Origin: an uncultured Poribacteria bacterium
Lineage (GTDB): Bacteria; Poribacteria; WGA-4E; PCPOR2b
Assembly (NCBI GenBank): GCA_958296125.1
Contig: OY282444.1
Span: forward strand, 4,633,266-4,697,265
DNA length: 64,000 nucleotides
Direction: 5' to 3'
In this document: piece after piece, positions 28,842 through 39,121 of the stretch
Position numbering within the stretch: the stretch's first letter is position 1
How the letters are laid out: every line of letters starts with the position of its first letter
Translations under genes and position numbers: made by a program
Notes under the pieces: generated by a model
Databases searched by the model: none
What the model saw: the letters and a program-made list of their open reading frames with translations, nothing else
Told to the model about the DNA's origin: nothing

Positions 28842-29537
28842 TTACGCCAACTGCTCAAGGACTCCTGTCAGTTCTCTTAGAGATGATATTTCAAAATCGT
28901 GTTGTCCCCTCGTTGCATTATCTTCGCGCTGACGGTTCAGCCAAACAGATCTTACACCAACCTGCTTCGCACCGATAATATCATTTTGGAAAGAATCACC
29001 TATATGTAGCAACTGACGTTTCGTGCAACCCGCACACTTGATAGCAATCTCGAAGAGCCGCGGATCGGGTTTTTGGATGCCATAGTCTTGAGCAAACACC
29101 ACGAACCGAAAGTAGCCTCCCAACCCACAACGTTCTGGATAGGTATTACCATTGGACAGAAGCCCCATCATATAATGATCCTGCAGCGTATTCAGGATGG
29201 GGAGCACATCGTCGAAGAGTTGAATATCCTCAAATCGATGTTTCAGGTACAGGGCATTGAGGTGAGCAGCGAGGTCGTCGTCAGGACTTTCGATAAATTG
29301 AAGTGTTCGCTTGAATGCTTCGAGCCGAATCGCTTCGTGCGTCAGGCCTCTGCCTTTTTGTTCTTCTGCAACTTGATCCCGAATGGCAATCAGTGTTTCG
29401 ATGGAAAGCAAGTCAGGAACGGAAGGAACGAGGCGGCGGAGTTCAACCAACACACACCCCAGCGCGTGACGCATCACCCTCTCAAAGTCCCACAGTGTAC
29501 CGTCTGCGTCAAATGAGATGGTTGTAATTTTGTTCAC
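28842..29537 (-). CDS. HAD-family hydrolase
   Basis: FDADGTL, SNG, KPD, HIGDS..NDI. Confidence 0.88.
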   Translation of the reverse strand: MNKITTISFDADGTLWDFERVMRHALGCVLVELRRLVPSVPDLLSIETLIAIRDQVAEEQKGRGLTHEAIRLEAFKRTLQFIESPDDDLAAHLNALYLKHRFEDIQLFDDVLPILNTLQDHYMMGLLSNGNTYPERCGLGGYFRFVVFAQDYGIQKPDPRLFEIAIKCAGCTKRQLLHIGDSFQNDIIGAKQVGVRSVWLNRQREDNATRGQHDFEISSLRELTGVLEQLA

Positions 29538-29656
29538 TGTCTAGCCATCTCCTTAATATCTTTGCCTTCTCAACTCTTCCTAACTTTAAGTAGGCTTGAT
29601 ACTCGTATTCTAAAGATAGAATCGGCACAAGCAGTCCGGCAATCTCTATCATTCGC

Positions 29657-31153
29657 CTATCGTCTCCACAGCTCTGGGGCGAATAAAACTAAGACCGTAT
29701 ATAGCTCTAGGCGTCCTAATAACATACAAAAACAGAGGATAAATTTGCCGAGTGTGGGGATATGTGCGTAATTGTCAGTGGGACCAACAGATCCAAGACC
29801 GGGCCCTATATTCCCCATGGTTGCGATGGTAGCGGCAGCGGCACTGATCAGATCCAACCCCAGCACCGCCATGATACTGGTAACTATCGCGAAAACACCG
29901 ATGAAAAGGAAGAAAAAGCCGAGAATGTTTGTCATCACCTCTTGCGAAACAACCTGGTCGCCAAGTTTAACGGGGAGCACCGCGTGGGGCAATATGAGAC
30001 GCTTGATTTCGATATACCCCTGTTTGATCAGTAGCAGCAGACGGATGTGTTTCAGCCCGCCGCCTGTTGACCCTGCACATCCACCGAAAAACATCAGGGT
30101 GACCAAAATAAACTGCGATAGTGCGGGCCACTGCACAAAGTTGAAAGTCCCGTAGCCAGTCGTTGTGATGATTGATACAACCTGGAAAGAAGCGTAACGC
30201 AAAGCTGTTCCAAATGAGTCGAAAATAACCTGATCGTTGACCCTTGCGGTCATTGTGTTCCAAACAATCAGGCACACGCACAAAAACAGTATCAAGCCAT
30301 AAAAACGGAACTCCGAGTCTCTAACGTAGCTTTTGAAATCGCCGCGTAAGGCACGATAGTGGAGGGAAAAGTTCGTTCCGGCAAGGAACATAAAGATGGT
30401 AATAACAACATCGAAGTAGACACTGTTGTATTGACCGATACTCAAATTTTGAGTTGAAAAACCGCCGGTCGCCATCGTCCCGAAGGTGTGGCAAAGCGCA
30501 TCAAACCATGTCATCCCACCGAGCCAGAGCAGTAGCAGTTCGACAGCAGAGATAAGGACATAAACGCCCCAGAGCAGTTTTGCAGTCTGTGCGATGCGTG
30601 GTGTTAGGCGGTCTTTTTGGGGGCCCGGCACTTCCGCACGATAAAGCTGCATCCCCCCCACCCCTAACATCGGTAAGATTGCTAAAGCGAGCACAACAAT
30701 ACCCATGCCACCTAGCCAATGCGTCAGGCTGCGCCAAAACAGGATAGCATGGGTTAGATGCTCGATTTCATGGAGAACGGTCGCCCCCGTCGTCGTGAAG
30801 CCGGACATGGATTCAAAATAGCAGAATGCGAACTCAACCAGCCAACTTCTCCCGGCTTCCGCAAACACACGATTGAAAAGATACGGAAGCGATCCAAACA
30901 GTGCCGTAACTGTCCAGCCTAACGAGACAACTGCAAATCCTTCTTTGTTGCCAAGTCCTTGGCTCGATTTAGTCGTCAGCCGAAGTATCAATCCTACAAT
31001 GAGCGTGCAGCAAAACGATAAAATAAACGCTTGCAGGTCCGATTCGGCCTCCGCTGTTCTGCGGTAAAGCGCGATCAGCAACGGACACAGCATCGCCGCA
31101 GAAAGACAAATCAACAAATTACCGAGTGTATACAGAACTAATTTTAAATTCAC
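29657..31153 (-). CDS. trkH: Trk potassium uptake membrane protein
   Basis: FESMSGFTTTG, TMATGGF, TTTGY, GNIGPG pore motifs; LGRLE. Confidence 0.96.
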   Translation of the reverse strand: MNLKLVLYTLGNLLICLSAAMLCPLLIALYRRTAEAESDLQAFILSFCCTLIVGLILRLTTKSSQGLGNKEGFAVVSLGWTVTALFGSLPYLFNRVFAEAGRSWLVEFAFCYFESMSGFTTTGATVLHEIEHLTHAILFWRSLTHWLGGMGIVVLALAILPMLGVGGMQLYRAEVPGPQKDRLTPRIAQTAKLLWGVYVLISAVELLLLWLGGMTWFDALCHTFGTMATGGFSTQNLSIGQYNSVYFDVVITIFMFLAGTNFSLHYRALRGDFKSYVRDSEFRFYGLILFLCVCLIVWNTMTARVNDQVIFDSFGTALRYASFQVVSIITTTGYGTFNFVQWPALSQFILVTLMFFGGCAGSTGGGLKHIRLLLLIKQGYIEIKRLILPHAVLPVKLGDQVVSQEVMTNILGFFFLFIGVFAIVTSIMAVLGLDLISAAAATIATMGNIGPGLGSVGPTDNYAHIPTLGKFILCFCMLLGRLELYTVLVLFAPELWRR

Positions 31154-31169
31154 GACATCGTAGGATGGT

Positions 31170-32567
31170 TCATTTTATTTTCTGACCAAGGAAGTGCTTG
31201 ATCTTCGGTTCTACAAAGAGCTTTTCAACAACAGAAATAGAATCTGGCATGGTGAAGATAATCACGCGATCTCCCGCTTGGATCACGCTTTTTCCTGTCG
31301 GGATAAGGACCCGATTCTGTCGCACAATGGCACCTATCAATACGTCTTCAGGCAGCGTTCCGCGCAGGTGTTGAATCTCGTTATAGGTAATTTGCGAATT
31401 TGGCCCGGCGACAAGCTCAATCACCTCAGCATCAATTTCACGGAGTGATGCTGCTGAGATAATCTGGCCCCGGCGGACGAGACGGAGAATGTTGCTAACC
31501 GCTGTCAAATGACGACTTACGGCCGCGTCAAGTGTTGGAATATTTGCCAGAATCGGTAGGTAGCGCGGTTTTTGAACGAGGGCAAGCACACGAATCGCCC
31601 CATGCTGCTTGGCGGTTACGCAGGCCATCACATCATTTTCATCATCGCCGGTTACCGAAACAAATCCGTCTACCCCATCAACTCCAGCCTCTTCCAAGAA
31701 ACCGGGGTTAAGATAGTCGCCATGTAAAACAGTTGTTTTTCTCAGAATTATTGATGCAGCTGCAGCTCTCTCCCGATTGGCTTCAATGATTTTCACCTGC
31801 GTCCCGTTTTTCTCAAGTGCTTGTGCAAGGGATATTCCAATCCGTTGAGCACCGACGATAATGACACGATGGATTTTTTGATTGAATGAAACCCCCGAAA
31901 ACTCAAGCAGGTGCATAGTTGATTCACGGCTGCCGATGACAAAGACCTCATCCCCTTCGAGAATGAAGTCCTGACCCCTGGGCACGATTGTTGTGCCATC
32001 TTTCCGCTTAATTGCCGTAACACGCAAGTCGGAGGGGATGCCGTGATCTGCTAGACGGCTGAGGGATGTGCCTCGAAGTGGATTAGCGGGCTTCACCTGA
32101 AATGCGACTAACTGGACCTTGCCCTCTTCAAATTCGACGATTTCACGGGCATCCGGAATATTCAGTAGACGATAGAATTCTTCTGCACAAAGTTGTTCGG
32201 GATTAATCAGCAAATTAATCCCAATATCTTTCGGGGATAAATCCGTTTCGTTGGCGAAATAGTCAGGATTCGATACGCGCGCCACCTTCGTCTTAACACC
32301 ATGCCGGGTAGCAATCACGCACGCCAACATATTGATTTCATCGGAGTTTGTTACCGCCATCAGGAGGTCCGCTTCTTTAATTCCAGCTTCTACTAATAAG
32401 GTGGGTGAAGCCCCTGATCCTTCAAGGGTTATTAAATCTAGCTGCTCCTGAACATGCTGACAAGCCTCTTTCGATTGATCAATGAGGCTGACATCGTTAT
32501 TGTCTTCTACCAAGAGTTTTGCTGTATGAAATCCAACTTCTCCCGCTCCAATAATAATTGCTTTCAT
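31170..32567 (-). CDS. trkA: Trk system NAD-binding subunit
   Basis: IIGAGEVG; tandem RCK N/C domains; adjacent to trkH. Confidence 0.95.
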   Translation of the reverse strand: MKAIIIGAGEVGFHTAKLLVEDNNDVSLIDQSKEACQHVQEQLDLITLEGSGASPTLLVEAGIKEADLLMAVTNSDEINMLACVIATRHGVKTKVARVSNPDYFANETDLSPKDIGINLLINPEQLCAEEFYRLLNIPDAREIVEFEEGKVQLVAFQVKPANPLRGTSLSRLADHGIPSDLRVTAIKRKDGTTIVPRGQDFILEGDEVFVIGSRESTMHLLEFSGVSFNQKIHRVIIVGAQRIGISLAQALEKNGTQVKIIEANRERAAAASIILRKTTVLHGDYLNPGFLEEAGVDGVDGFVSVTGDDENDVMACVTAKQHGAIRVLALVQKPRYLPILANIPTLDAAVSRHLTAVSNILRLVRRGQIISAASLREIDAEVIELVAGPNSQITYNEIQHLRGTLPEDVLIGAIVRQNRVLIPTGKSVIQAGDRVIIFTMPDSISVVEKLFVEPKIKHFLGQKIK

Positions 32568-32724
32568 GGGCTTATCCGCTTACCTGGAATATGATAGGTA
32601 TTAGATTATAGGGCTTACGCACTTTGCTTGCAAAGATTGCGTCTTACTGCGTATTTGGTTCCTATAGGCAATACGTGACGCACAATAGTAGTGATGAAAA
32701 CATATCAACCGCGTGATTCCTAAG

Positions 32725-35676
32725 CTAATACGAATCAATCGGTGGACAAGCGCAAATCAGGTTTCGGTCTCCCTGAACTTCGTTAATGCGTGCGACGGGG
32801 GGCCAATATTTCCGATCGCACGTCCACGGTGCAGGGAAAGCCGCTTTTTCTCGAGAATACTCGTGACCCCACTCGGTCTGCATGACTTGCGCTGCGGTAT
32901 GGGGCGCATTTTTGATGACGTTGTCCGAGCGATTGGCTTGGCCGTTCTCAATTTCGGCAATCTCTTTTCGGATCGAGATCATCGCTTCACAGAATCGATC
33001 TAGCTCACCCTTTGATTCGCTTTCAGTCGGTTCAATCATCATTGTTTCCATAACCGGAAACGATACGGTAGGTGCGTGGAAGCCGTAGTCCATTAGCCGT
33101 TTGGCTACATCCCCTGCCCCGATGCCAGCAGTTTTCTTGAAGTCACGGAGGTCAATGATACACTCGTGTGCGACAAGTCCCTTGCTTCCTTTGTAAAGGA
33201 CCGAATAATAGGGTGCTAAGCATTTGGTGACGTAGTTCGCGTTCAAAATTGCAGTTTCAGTTGCACGCTGGAGTCCCTCTACGCCCATCATTGCGATGTA
33301 CGCCCAAGAGATTGGAAGGATGCTCGGACTGCCCCAAGGTGCCGCTGAAACTGGATCAATCCCATCTTTCTCACCAATCGGCACGACCGGGTGGGTTGGA
33401 AGAAAGGGGACGAGGTGGGCCTTAACACCAATCGGTCCCATTCCAGGACCGCCCCCACCATGTGGAATACAGAAGGTTTTATGTAAATTCAGATGGCATA
33501 CATCGGGACCAAAATCCCCCGGACGACATAATCCCACCATTGCGTTCATATTCGCGCCATCCATGTAGACCTGGCCTCCGTGCTGATGAACGATTTCGCA
33601 AATCTCTCGAATCTTTTTCTCAAACACCCCATGGGTCGAAGGATAGGTAATCATCGCTGCAGCAAGTTCTTGGCTGTGCTGTTTTGCCTTTGCCCGAAGG
33701 TCCAGAAAGTCAACATTCCCTTCACCGTCACAATTGACCACTACCACCCGCATACCCACCATCACCGCGCTAGCAGGATTCGTGCCGTGGGCAGATTGTG
33801 GAATCAGGCAGACATCCCGATGCCTTTCACCACAGCGTTGATGGTATTTGCGGATGACCAGAAGCCCTGCATACTCTCCTTGCGATCCGGCATTGGGTTG
33901 CAAGGAGATACCGGGGAAACCTGTCAATTCCGACAACCATGTTTCAAATTGCCCAAAAAGGGTCTGGTATCCCTTTGTCCGTTCAAGGGGCGCAAACGGA
34001 TGAAGTTGACTGAACTCCGGCCAGGTAACGGCGAACATCTCAGCGGTAGCGTTTAACTTCATCGTGCAAGATCCAAGCGGAATCATCGATGTGGTTAGGG
34101 ATAAGTCTTTCTCCTGAAGCTTGTGGATATACCGCAGCATCTCTGTCTCAGAGTGGTAAGTATTGAAGACAGGGTGGGGGAGATAAGAACTTTCTCGTTG
34201 CAACGGCTCAGAGATTGCCGATTGTGCCTGAAGGATTAAATCTTCAATCTGAAAAGGAAGGGGCTTTCCTAACGTGAAGATATCAAGGAGATCCAGAACA
34301 TCCTGAATGGAGGTCGTCTCATCAAGTGAAAGCCCGATGCGGGAGCGGTCGAAAACTCTGAAGTCGATCTGATGTGTGCGGGCAATGGATAATAGGTCGT
34401 CGGGAGTAGGCGGATTCGCTGGTGATTGATTAGCCTCGATATTACGGAGGTAACTTGACTCCTTGAGCAAATCCAGATCAAGACTGAATGTATCAAAGTA
34501 ACATATATCATCAAGCACATACCCCACTCGCTTCAATCCTTCACGGAGGACACCTGTGAGCAGATGTATGCGCTCCGCAATTCGGCGAAGCCCTCCGGGG
34601 CCGTGATAGACTGCATACATGCTCGCCATCACTGCTAGGAGCACCTGTGCCGTGCAGATATTGCTCGTCGCTTGTTCTCTACGGATATGCTGTTCCCGCG
34701 TCTGGAGCGCGAGGCGAATTGCAGGTTGACCTTCTACATCCTGCGAAAGCCCCGCAATTCGCCCCGGCATCTTGCGCTTAAACTTCTCTCGCGTTGAAAG
34801 GAAAGCGGCGTGGGGGCCACCATATCCCATTGGCACCCCAAACCGTTGGGTAGATCCAACCGCAATATCAGCATCAAATTCGCCGGGTGGTCTCAAAAGC
34901 GTGAGGCTCAAAAGATCAGCGGCAACCACTAATAATCCGCCGGCATCATGAACCTTTTCAGCGAAATCGCTATAGTCATAAACCGCACCATCACTTGCCG
35001 GATATTGAACAAGGGCACCCAAAAAAGGTGCATCAAACACCGCAGTGCAATGGTCACCAATCAATAACTCAATCCCTAGTGGTTCTGCACGGGTCTTCAA
35101 GACTCCGATTGTCTGGGGATGACAAGTTTCCGAAACAAAAAAAGTCCTGCTAGCATCCCGCTTACTCACGGCGAGACACATTCCCATCGCCTCAGCCGCC
35201 GCCGTGCTTTCGTCCAGCAACGAAGCGTTGGTAATCGGCAGTCCGGTCAGGTCAATAATCATCGTTTGAAAGTTCAATAGGGCTTCAAGCCGCCCTTGTG
35301 CAATCTCCGCCTGATACGGGGTATATGCGGTATACCACCCAGGGTTTTCAAGAATGTTTCTCTGGATAACAGGCGGTGTCACACAGTTGTAATAACCCAT
35401 CCCGATAAAAGACCGAGAAACCTGATTCTGAGATGCGATCTGCCTCAAGTCTGCGAGCATCTCGGACTCTGTCCGGGGCTTATCGAGATTTAGAGGTTCA
35501 CGGTGACGGATGCTCGCCGGAACGGTGTCTTCAATCAGTTCATCGAGCGACGCATACCCGATTTTTTCTAGCATCAGCTTGATGTCTTCCGGACGAGGCC
35601 CGATATGGCGGTCAGCAAAAATGTCCGTGAAATTGAGGGGTTGAAGGGCTAAAAACTGTTTCGACTTATCTAGCAT
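32725..35676 (-). CDS. gcvP: Glycine dehydrogenase (decarboxylating), P protein
   Basis: [35 protein letters not shown]; start placed at ATG 35676. Confidence 0.97.
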   Translation of the reverse strand: MLDKSKQFLALQPLNFTDIFADRHIGPRPEDIKLMLEKIGYASLDELIEDTVPASIRHREPLNLDKPRTESEMLADLRQIASQNQVSRSFIGMGYYNCVTPPVIQRNILENPGWYTAYTPYQAEIAQGRLEALLNFQTMIIDLTGLPITNASLLDESTAAAEAMGMCLAVSKRDASRTFFVSETCHPQTIGVLKTRAEPLGIELLIGDHCTAVFDAPFLGALVQYPASDGAVYDYSDFAEKVHDAGGLLVVAADLLSLTLLRPPGEFDADIAVGSTQRFGVPMGYGGPHAAFLSTREKFKRKMPGRIAGLSQDVEGQPAIRLALQTREQHIRREQATSNICTAQVLLAVMASMYAVYHGPGGLRRIAERIHLLTGVLREGLKRVGYVLDDICYFDTFSLDLDLLKESSYLRNIEANQSPANPPTPDDLLSIARTHQIDFRVFDRSRIGLSLDETTSIQDVLDLLDIFTLGKPLPFQIEDLILQAQSAISEPLQRESSYLPHPVFNTYHSETEMLRYIHKLQEKDLSLTTSMIPLGSCTMKLNATAEMFAVTWPEFSQLHPFAPLERTKGYQTLFGQFETWLSELTGFPGISLQPNAGSQGEYAGLLVIRKYHQRCGERHRDVCLIPQSAHGTNPASAVMVGMRVVVVNCDGEGNVDFLDLRAKAKQHSQELAAAMITYPSTHGVFEKKIREICEIVHQHGGQVYMDGANMNAMVGLCRPGDFGPDVCHLNLHKTFCIPHGGGGPGMGPIGVKAHLVPFLPTHPVVPIGEKDGIDPVSAAPWGSPSILPISWAYIAMMGVEGLQRATETAILNANYVTKCLAPYYSVLYKGSKGLVAHECIIDLRDFKKTAGIGAGDVAKRLMDYGFHAPTVSFPVMETMMIEPTESESKGELDRFCEAMISIRKEIAEIENGQANRSDNVIKNAPHTAAQVMQTEWGHEYSREKAAFPAPWTCDRKYWPPVARINEVQGDRNLICACPPIDSY

Positions 35677-35700
35677 AGTATAACATAATATGGTATAATT

Positions 35701-35792
35701 GGGTTGTCTTTCGTGGGAGAGTAGCACACCGTCGCATGGCGATGTCTCCCACAACCGATGCTACAGGACATGAAAAATAGAAAGACTATCCC
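35701..35792 (+). ncRNA. Candidate structured (pseudoknotted) small RNA, family unknown
   Basis: TGGTATAAT at 35691-35699; outer stem gtctttc/gaaagac; crossing helices gtgggaga/tctcccac and gtagca/tgctac. Confidence 0.35.
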
Positions 35793-35939
35793 ATGTTAAA
35801 AAAACACAAGATAGCCCTGAATCCCAATAAGGATTAAGCAAATTTATTGTCTCAGCATTGTGGATACGCCCGCGTTGCCTACAATTGCGCCCCAATAGAG
35901 AATATCATTGTGGTGTCTGCGGCTATCAAATAGACGGTT

Positions 35940-36329
35940 TTACCCATTTTCTTCTGCCTCGATCATTGCTTGGTATTCACTTGCAGACATGAGCCCCTCC
36001 AATTCGCTCGAATCGCTCATACGGATTCTAATCATCCAACCGGCATCGTAAGGAGCTTCGTTCACTAACTCCGGTGCATCTTCAAGTCCTTCATTGATTT
36101 CAACGACTGCGCCACTGACAGGGGCATAGAGATCGAATGCCGCTTTAACGGATTCAATGACACCAAACGCTTTGTGCTGCTCGATAATTGTACCCACCTC
36201 TGGTAGTTCGACGTAGACGACATCTTGGATTTCTGCCTGTGCGTAGTCGCTAACACCAACGTCAACGATGTCACCTTCACGTCTCGCCCATTCGTGGCTT
36301 TTCATGTACTTTAGATCTGCCGGAAACAT
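35940..36329 (-). CDS. gcvH: Glycine cleavage H protein
   Basis: SHEWAR, IESVKAA lipoyl Lys, PELVN..PY..GW; ATG 36329 after GGAGAGG. Confidence 0.96.
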   Translation of the reverse strand: MFPADLKYMKSHEWARREGDIVDVGVSDYAQAEIQDVVYVELPEVGTIIEQHKAFGVIESVKAAFDLYAPVSGAVVEINEGLEDAPELVNEAPYDAGWMIRIRMSDSSELEGLMSASEYQAMIEAEENG

Positions 36330-36342
36330 CTGACTTCCTCTC

Positions 36343-37440
36343 CTAAATTGATGCCCGATAAAACGGCGTTTTGACCACCTTTGCGGGATGGCGTTTCCCA
36401 CGGATTTCAATCTCGATTTTGGTGTTAAGCTTGCTCATTTCGATTGGAAGATAGGCGAGGCCGATATTACATTTTAGGCTCGGTGACGGCGCACCACTCG
36501 TGATTTCCCCGATGCGCTGATCTTTACGATAAACCGCATGGTGCGCCCGCGCAATGCTGCGATCCAGCATCTGAAAACCCACTAAGCGGCGTTTAATCCC
36601 TTCGTCATTTTGCCGAACCAAAGCCTGCCGACCGATGAAACTCCCTTTGTTGAAGGCTATCGTCCATCGTAATCCGGCTTCCAGCGGCGTTGTCGTCTCG
36701 TCAATGTCGTTGCCGTACAAACACAATCGCGCCTCTAGTCGGAGGGTGTCCCTTGCGCCAAGTCCAATCGGTTTTCCACCGATGGCGTTTGTTACCTCAT
36801 AGAGAGCGTTCCATAAATCCACCCCGCACTCAGCTCCGACATAAAACTCAAAACCGATTTCCCCAGTATAACCTGTCCGTGAGATGATTGTTGGAATCCC
36901 AGCAACTTCCCCCGCCGTAAACCTGTAATAATCCAACGTTGTTAGATTGACCTCCGTCAGCGTTTGAAGGCACTGAGGGGCATTTTGCCCCTGCAGCGCA
37001 ACAAGGACAGTTTCGTCACTCCGGTTTTCGACCGCTACCCCCGCTTCACTGTGAGCGTGTATCCACTCCAAATCCTTTTCGATATTTGATGCGTTGACGA
37101 CAAGCATATATCGGTCGGCTGCGAAACGATAGAGGAGCAGATCATCGACAATTCCCCCCGTTTCTGTGCACATCGGCGTATAGAGCACCTGCCCATCGAC
37201 CATCTTGGCGGCATCGTTGGTAATCAGCTTTTGGATTAACGATAGGGATTTGGCACCTCGGATTTCGATTTCCCCCATGTGCGAGATGTCAAACAGCCCT
37301 AAGTTCGATCTGACGGTCAGGTGCTCGTCAATGATGCTGCTATACTGCACAGGCATCTCCCATCCGCCAAATTCAATCAGTCTGGCACTGAGTTGTTTAT
37401 GAACAGGATAGAGGGGGGTGCGATAAAGTTTTTCTGTCAC
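36343..37440 (-). CDS. gcvT: Aminomethyltransferase, T protein
   Basis: FGGWEMPVQY, LFDISHMG, SRTGYTGE, GLGARDTLRLEA. Confidence 0.97.
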   Translation of the reverse strand: MTEKLYRTPLYPVHKQLSARLIEFGGWEMPVQYSSIIDEHLTVRSNLGLFDISHMGEIEIRGAKSLSLIQKLITNDAAKMVDGQVLYTPMCTETGGIVDDLLLYRFAADRYMLVVNASNIEKDLEWIHAHSEAGVAVENRSDETVLVALQGQNAPQCLQTLTEVNLTTLDYYRFTAGEVAGIPTIISRTGYTGEIGFEFYVGAECGVDLWNALYEVTNAIGGKPIGLGARDTLRLEARLCLYGNDIDETTTPLEAGLRWTIAFNKGSFIGRQALVRQNDEGIKRRLVGFQMLDRSIARAHHAVYRKDQRIGEITSGAPSPSLKCNIGLAYLPIEMSKLNTKIEIEIRGKRHPAKVVKTPFYRASI

Positions 37441-37448
37441 GTCTTATT

Positions 37449-38204
37449 TTACGCCAACCCATAAATCCGAGCCAAATTATCTCCAAAAATCAGTGCTTCG
37501 GCATCGTCTCCCAATTCGAGGCGACGAATAGCGTTGATAACTTGGATTGGACGATATTCAGGCGTATTCGATCCGAATACAATCTGCTCAGGTCCCAATT
37601 CGTCAACCGCTTTCTTCACTTCGGTGGGAACGACTTGGTCCGGATCGGTGCCCCAACGGCGATGAAAGCGGAGAATAGTTGTACCTAAAGAGATATTTTT
37701 GTTCGCTTTCGCAGCTTCGATTCCAGCGTCAAGGGCATCGGGAAATCCCATGTGATCCATGATGACAGGGGTTTCCGGAATCCAGCTTGCAACGTTTCCG
37801 ATGCGTGTGGGGTGGCAATTTGCGGGCCCCGAATGGATCGAAACGATTAGCCCATTATCTCGTGCCGCCTCAACAACCGGCTTGACAATCTCGTCATCAA
37901 CATTATATTTGTGAACAGCCGGCATCAGCTTGATTCCCTTCATCCCCCATTCGGTCGCGGCTTTGTGGACTTGTCCGACAGGATTAGCTTCGGTGGGGTG
38001 GATGAGCGCACAACCGAGGGCACGGGGGTTGTCCTTTATCGCCTCACCGAGCTCCTGATTGTTCGGCTCAGGTTGGGTGTTGGGCATAATGACAGCAACG
38101 TCCATGTTCGCCTCATCCTCAAGGGCTAACAGCTGGTCTAAATCCAGTTTTCCGTTCTCATCGCGGAACGAGTCGTTCAAATAGGCTTCAAAATCTCCTC
38201 GCAT
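37449..38204 (-). CDS. Amidohydrolase_2-family protein
   Basis: GMKGIKL, IHSG, MDHMG, FGSN; ATG 38204 after AAGGAG. Confidence 0.82.
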   Translation of the reverse strand: MRGDFEAYLNDSFRDENGKLDLDQLLALEDEANMDVAVIMPNTQPEPNNQELGEAIKDNPRALGCALIHPTEANPVGQVHKAATEWGMKGIKLMPAVHKYNVDDEIVKPVVEAARDNGLIVSIHSGPANCHPTRIGNVASWIPETPVIMDHMGFPDALDAGIEAAKANKNISLGTTILRFHRRWGTDPDQVVPTEVKKAVDELGPEQIVFGSNTPEYRPIQVINAIRRLELGDDAEALIFGDNLARIYGLA

Positions 38205-38206
38205 AG

Positions 38207-39121
38207 TCAATCTCCTTTTGAGTGTAAGGTGGAAGGTGAGTACTTCTTTGTTTTTAACAAACTAGCCCAACGTTCTCGGCAATTAGGCAGGGCTTCACTG
38301 ATGAAACCTGTAAACCCAATCACATTGACATCCTCGGCAAATCGCATATTCTTGATTTCATCGCGCACAACGAGGTAAACGTTTTGTCCGTTAAGTCTTT
38401 TGACTTTGGATGTTGTAATATCCCTTTTGGCTTCCTCGTAGGTCTCGGTCACACAGAGATAAACGGTGCTTTGAGCGATGCTCAACTCCTCAAAGACCTG
38501 CTTGTATCGTTCTCGCAACGATCGCTTGATAGAGACAATAATACATTTTTTCCGATCACGTTCCCAGGCTTGATGACTCGGAAAGAGAAAATCAACCTGT
38601 CCATTCAAAATCTGTTGAGTTTCAAATTCACCGGTGTAGCCCGCATTTTCCATCAAGTGTTGCAGGTGATATTCTGCGCTACCACCGGCGCGAGTTTTAC
38701 GGCTCTGTTCAAAACTTTGCTCAACGCGTTGGTAGAGCGGACGCATTTTTGCCCACACCTCTGCTAACTTCTCAATATCACTCAGCGTCGCGCCTCGTAG
38801 CACCTGCAAAACACCTTCAATTGTGCTACGAACATTGGGAAAATCCACCCCAACCTCAGGATCAAATACCAGCTTAGACACCCCTTGAGTCATACATTGT
38901 TCTTCATATTTAAGGTATAATTGGTATTCTGTATCCATCAATTTACACAAGTAATCATTGAAGTTTAGTGTTACATCATCAACCGTCAATTCCATGTCCT
39001 TAAAGACTTGTTCCCATGCCTGCCTCGCTAATTGCCTACCTGTGGGGATAAATTCCCTTCGCGCACGGTTGACAAGACCGTTATTTCCCAGGAGTTCTGC
39101 CTTCAGATCATTAGTTAACAT
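38207..39121 (-). CDS. Type II restriction endonuclease, EcoRII-C/PspGI-like
   Basis: RKTRAGGSAE, VDFLFPS and KRSLRERYKQ match the CCGG-family signature; overlaps the MTase gene. Confidence 0.82.
   Translation of the reverse strand: MLTNDLKAELLGNNGLVNRARREFIPTGRQLARQAWEQVFKDMELTVDDVTLNFNDYLCKLMDTEYQLYLKYEEQCMTQGVSKLVFDPEVGVDFPNVRSTIEGVLQVLRGATLSDIEKLAEVWAKMRPLYQRVEQSFEQSRKTRAGGSAEYHLQHLMENAGYTGEFETQQILNGQVDFLFPSHQAWERDRKKCIIVSIKRSLRERYKQVFEELSIAQSTVYLCVTETYEEAKRDITTSKVKRLNGQNVYLVVRDEIKNMRFAEDVNVIGFTGFISEALPNCRERWASLLKTKKYSPSTLHSKGD

Noticed and set aside
34400..34480. Extra segment of about 20 aa in GcvP ([19 protein letters not shown])
   Set aside because: Lies in a variable loop and shows no palindrome or match to the repeat families
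35701..35940. Glycine, THF or ZTP riboswitch upstream of gcvP
   Set aside because: GGAGAGTAG resembles the THF riboswitch start but is on the wrong strand and the rest of the consensus is missing; no glycine CUCUCAGG motif. Kept only as an unknown structure.
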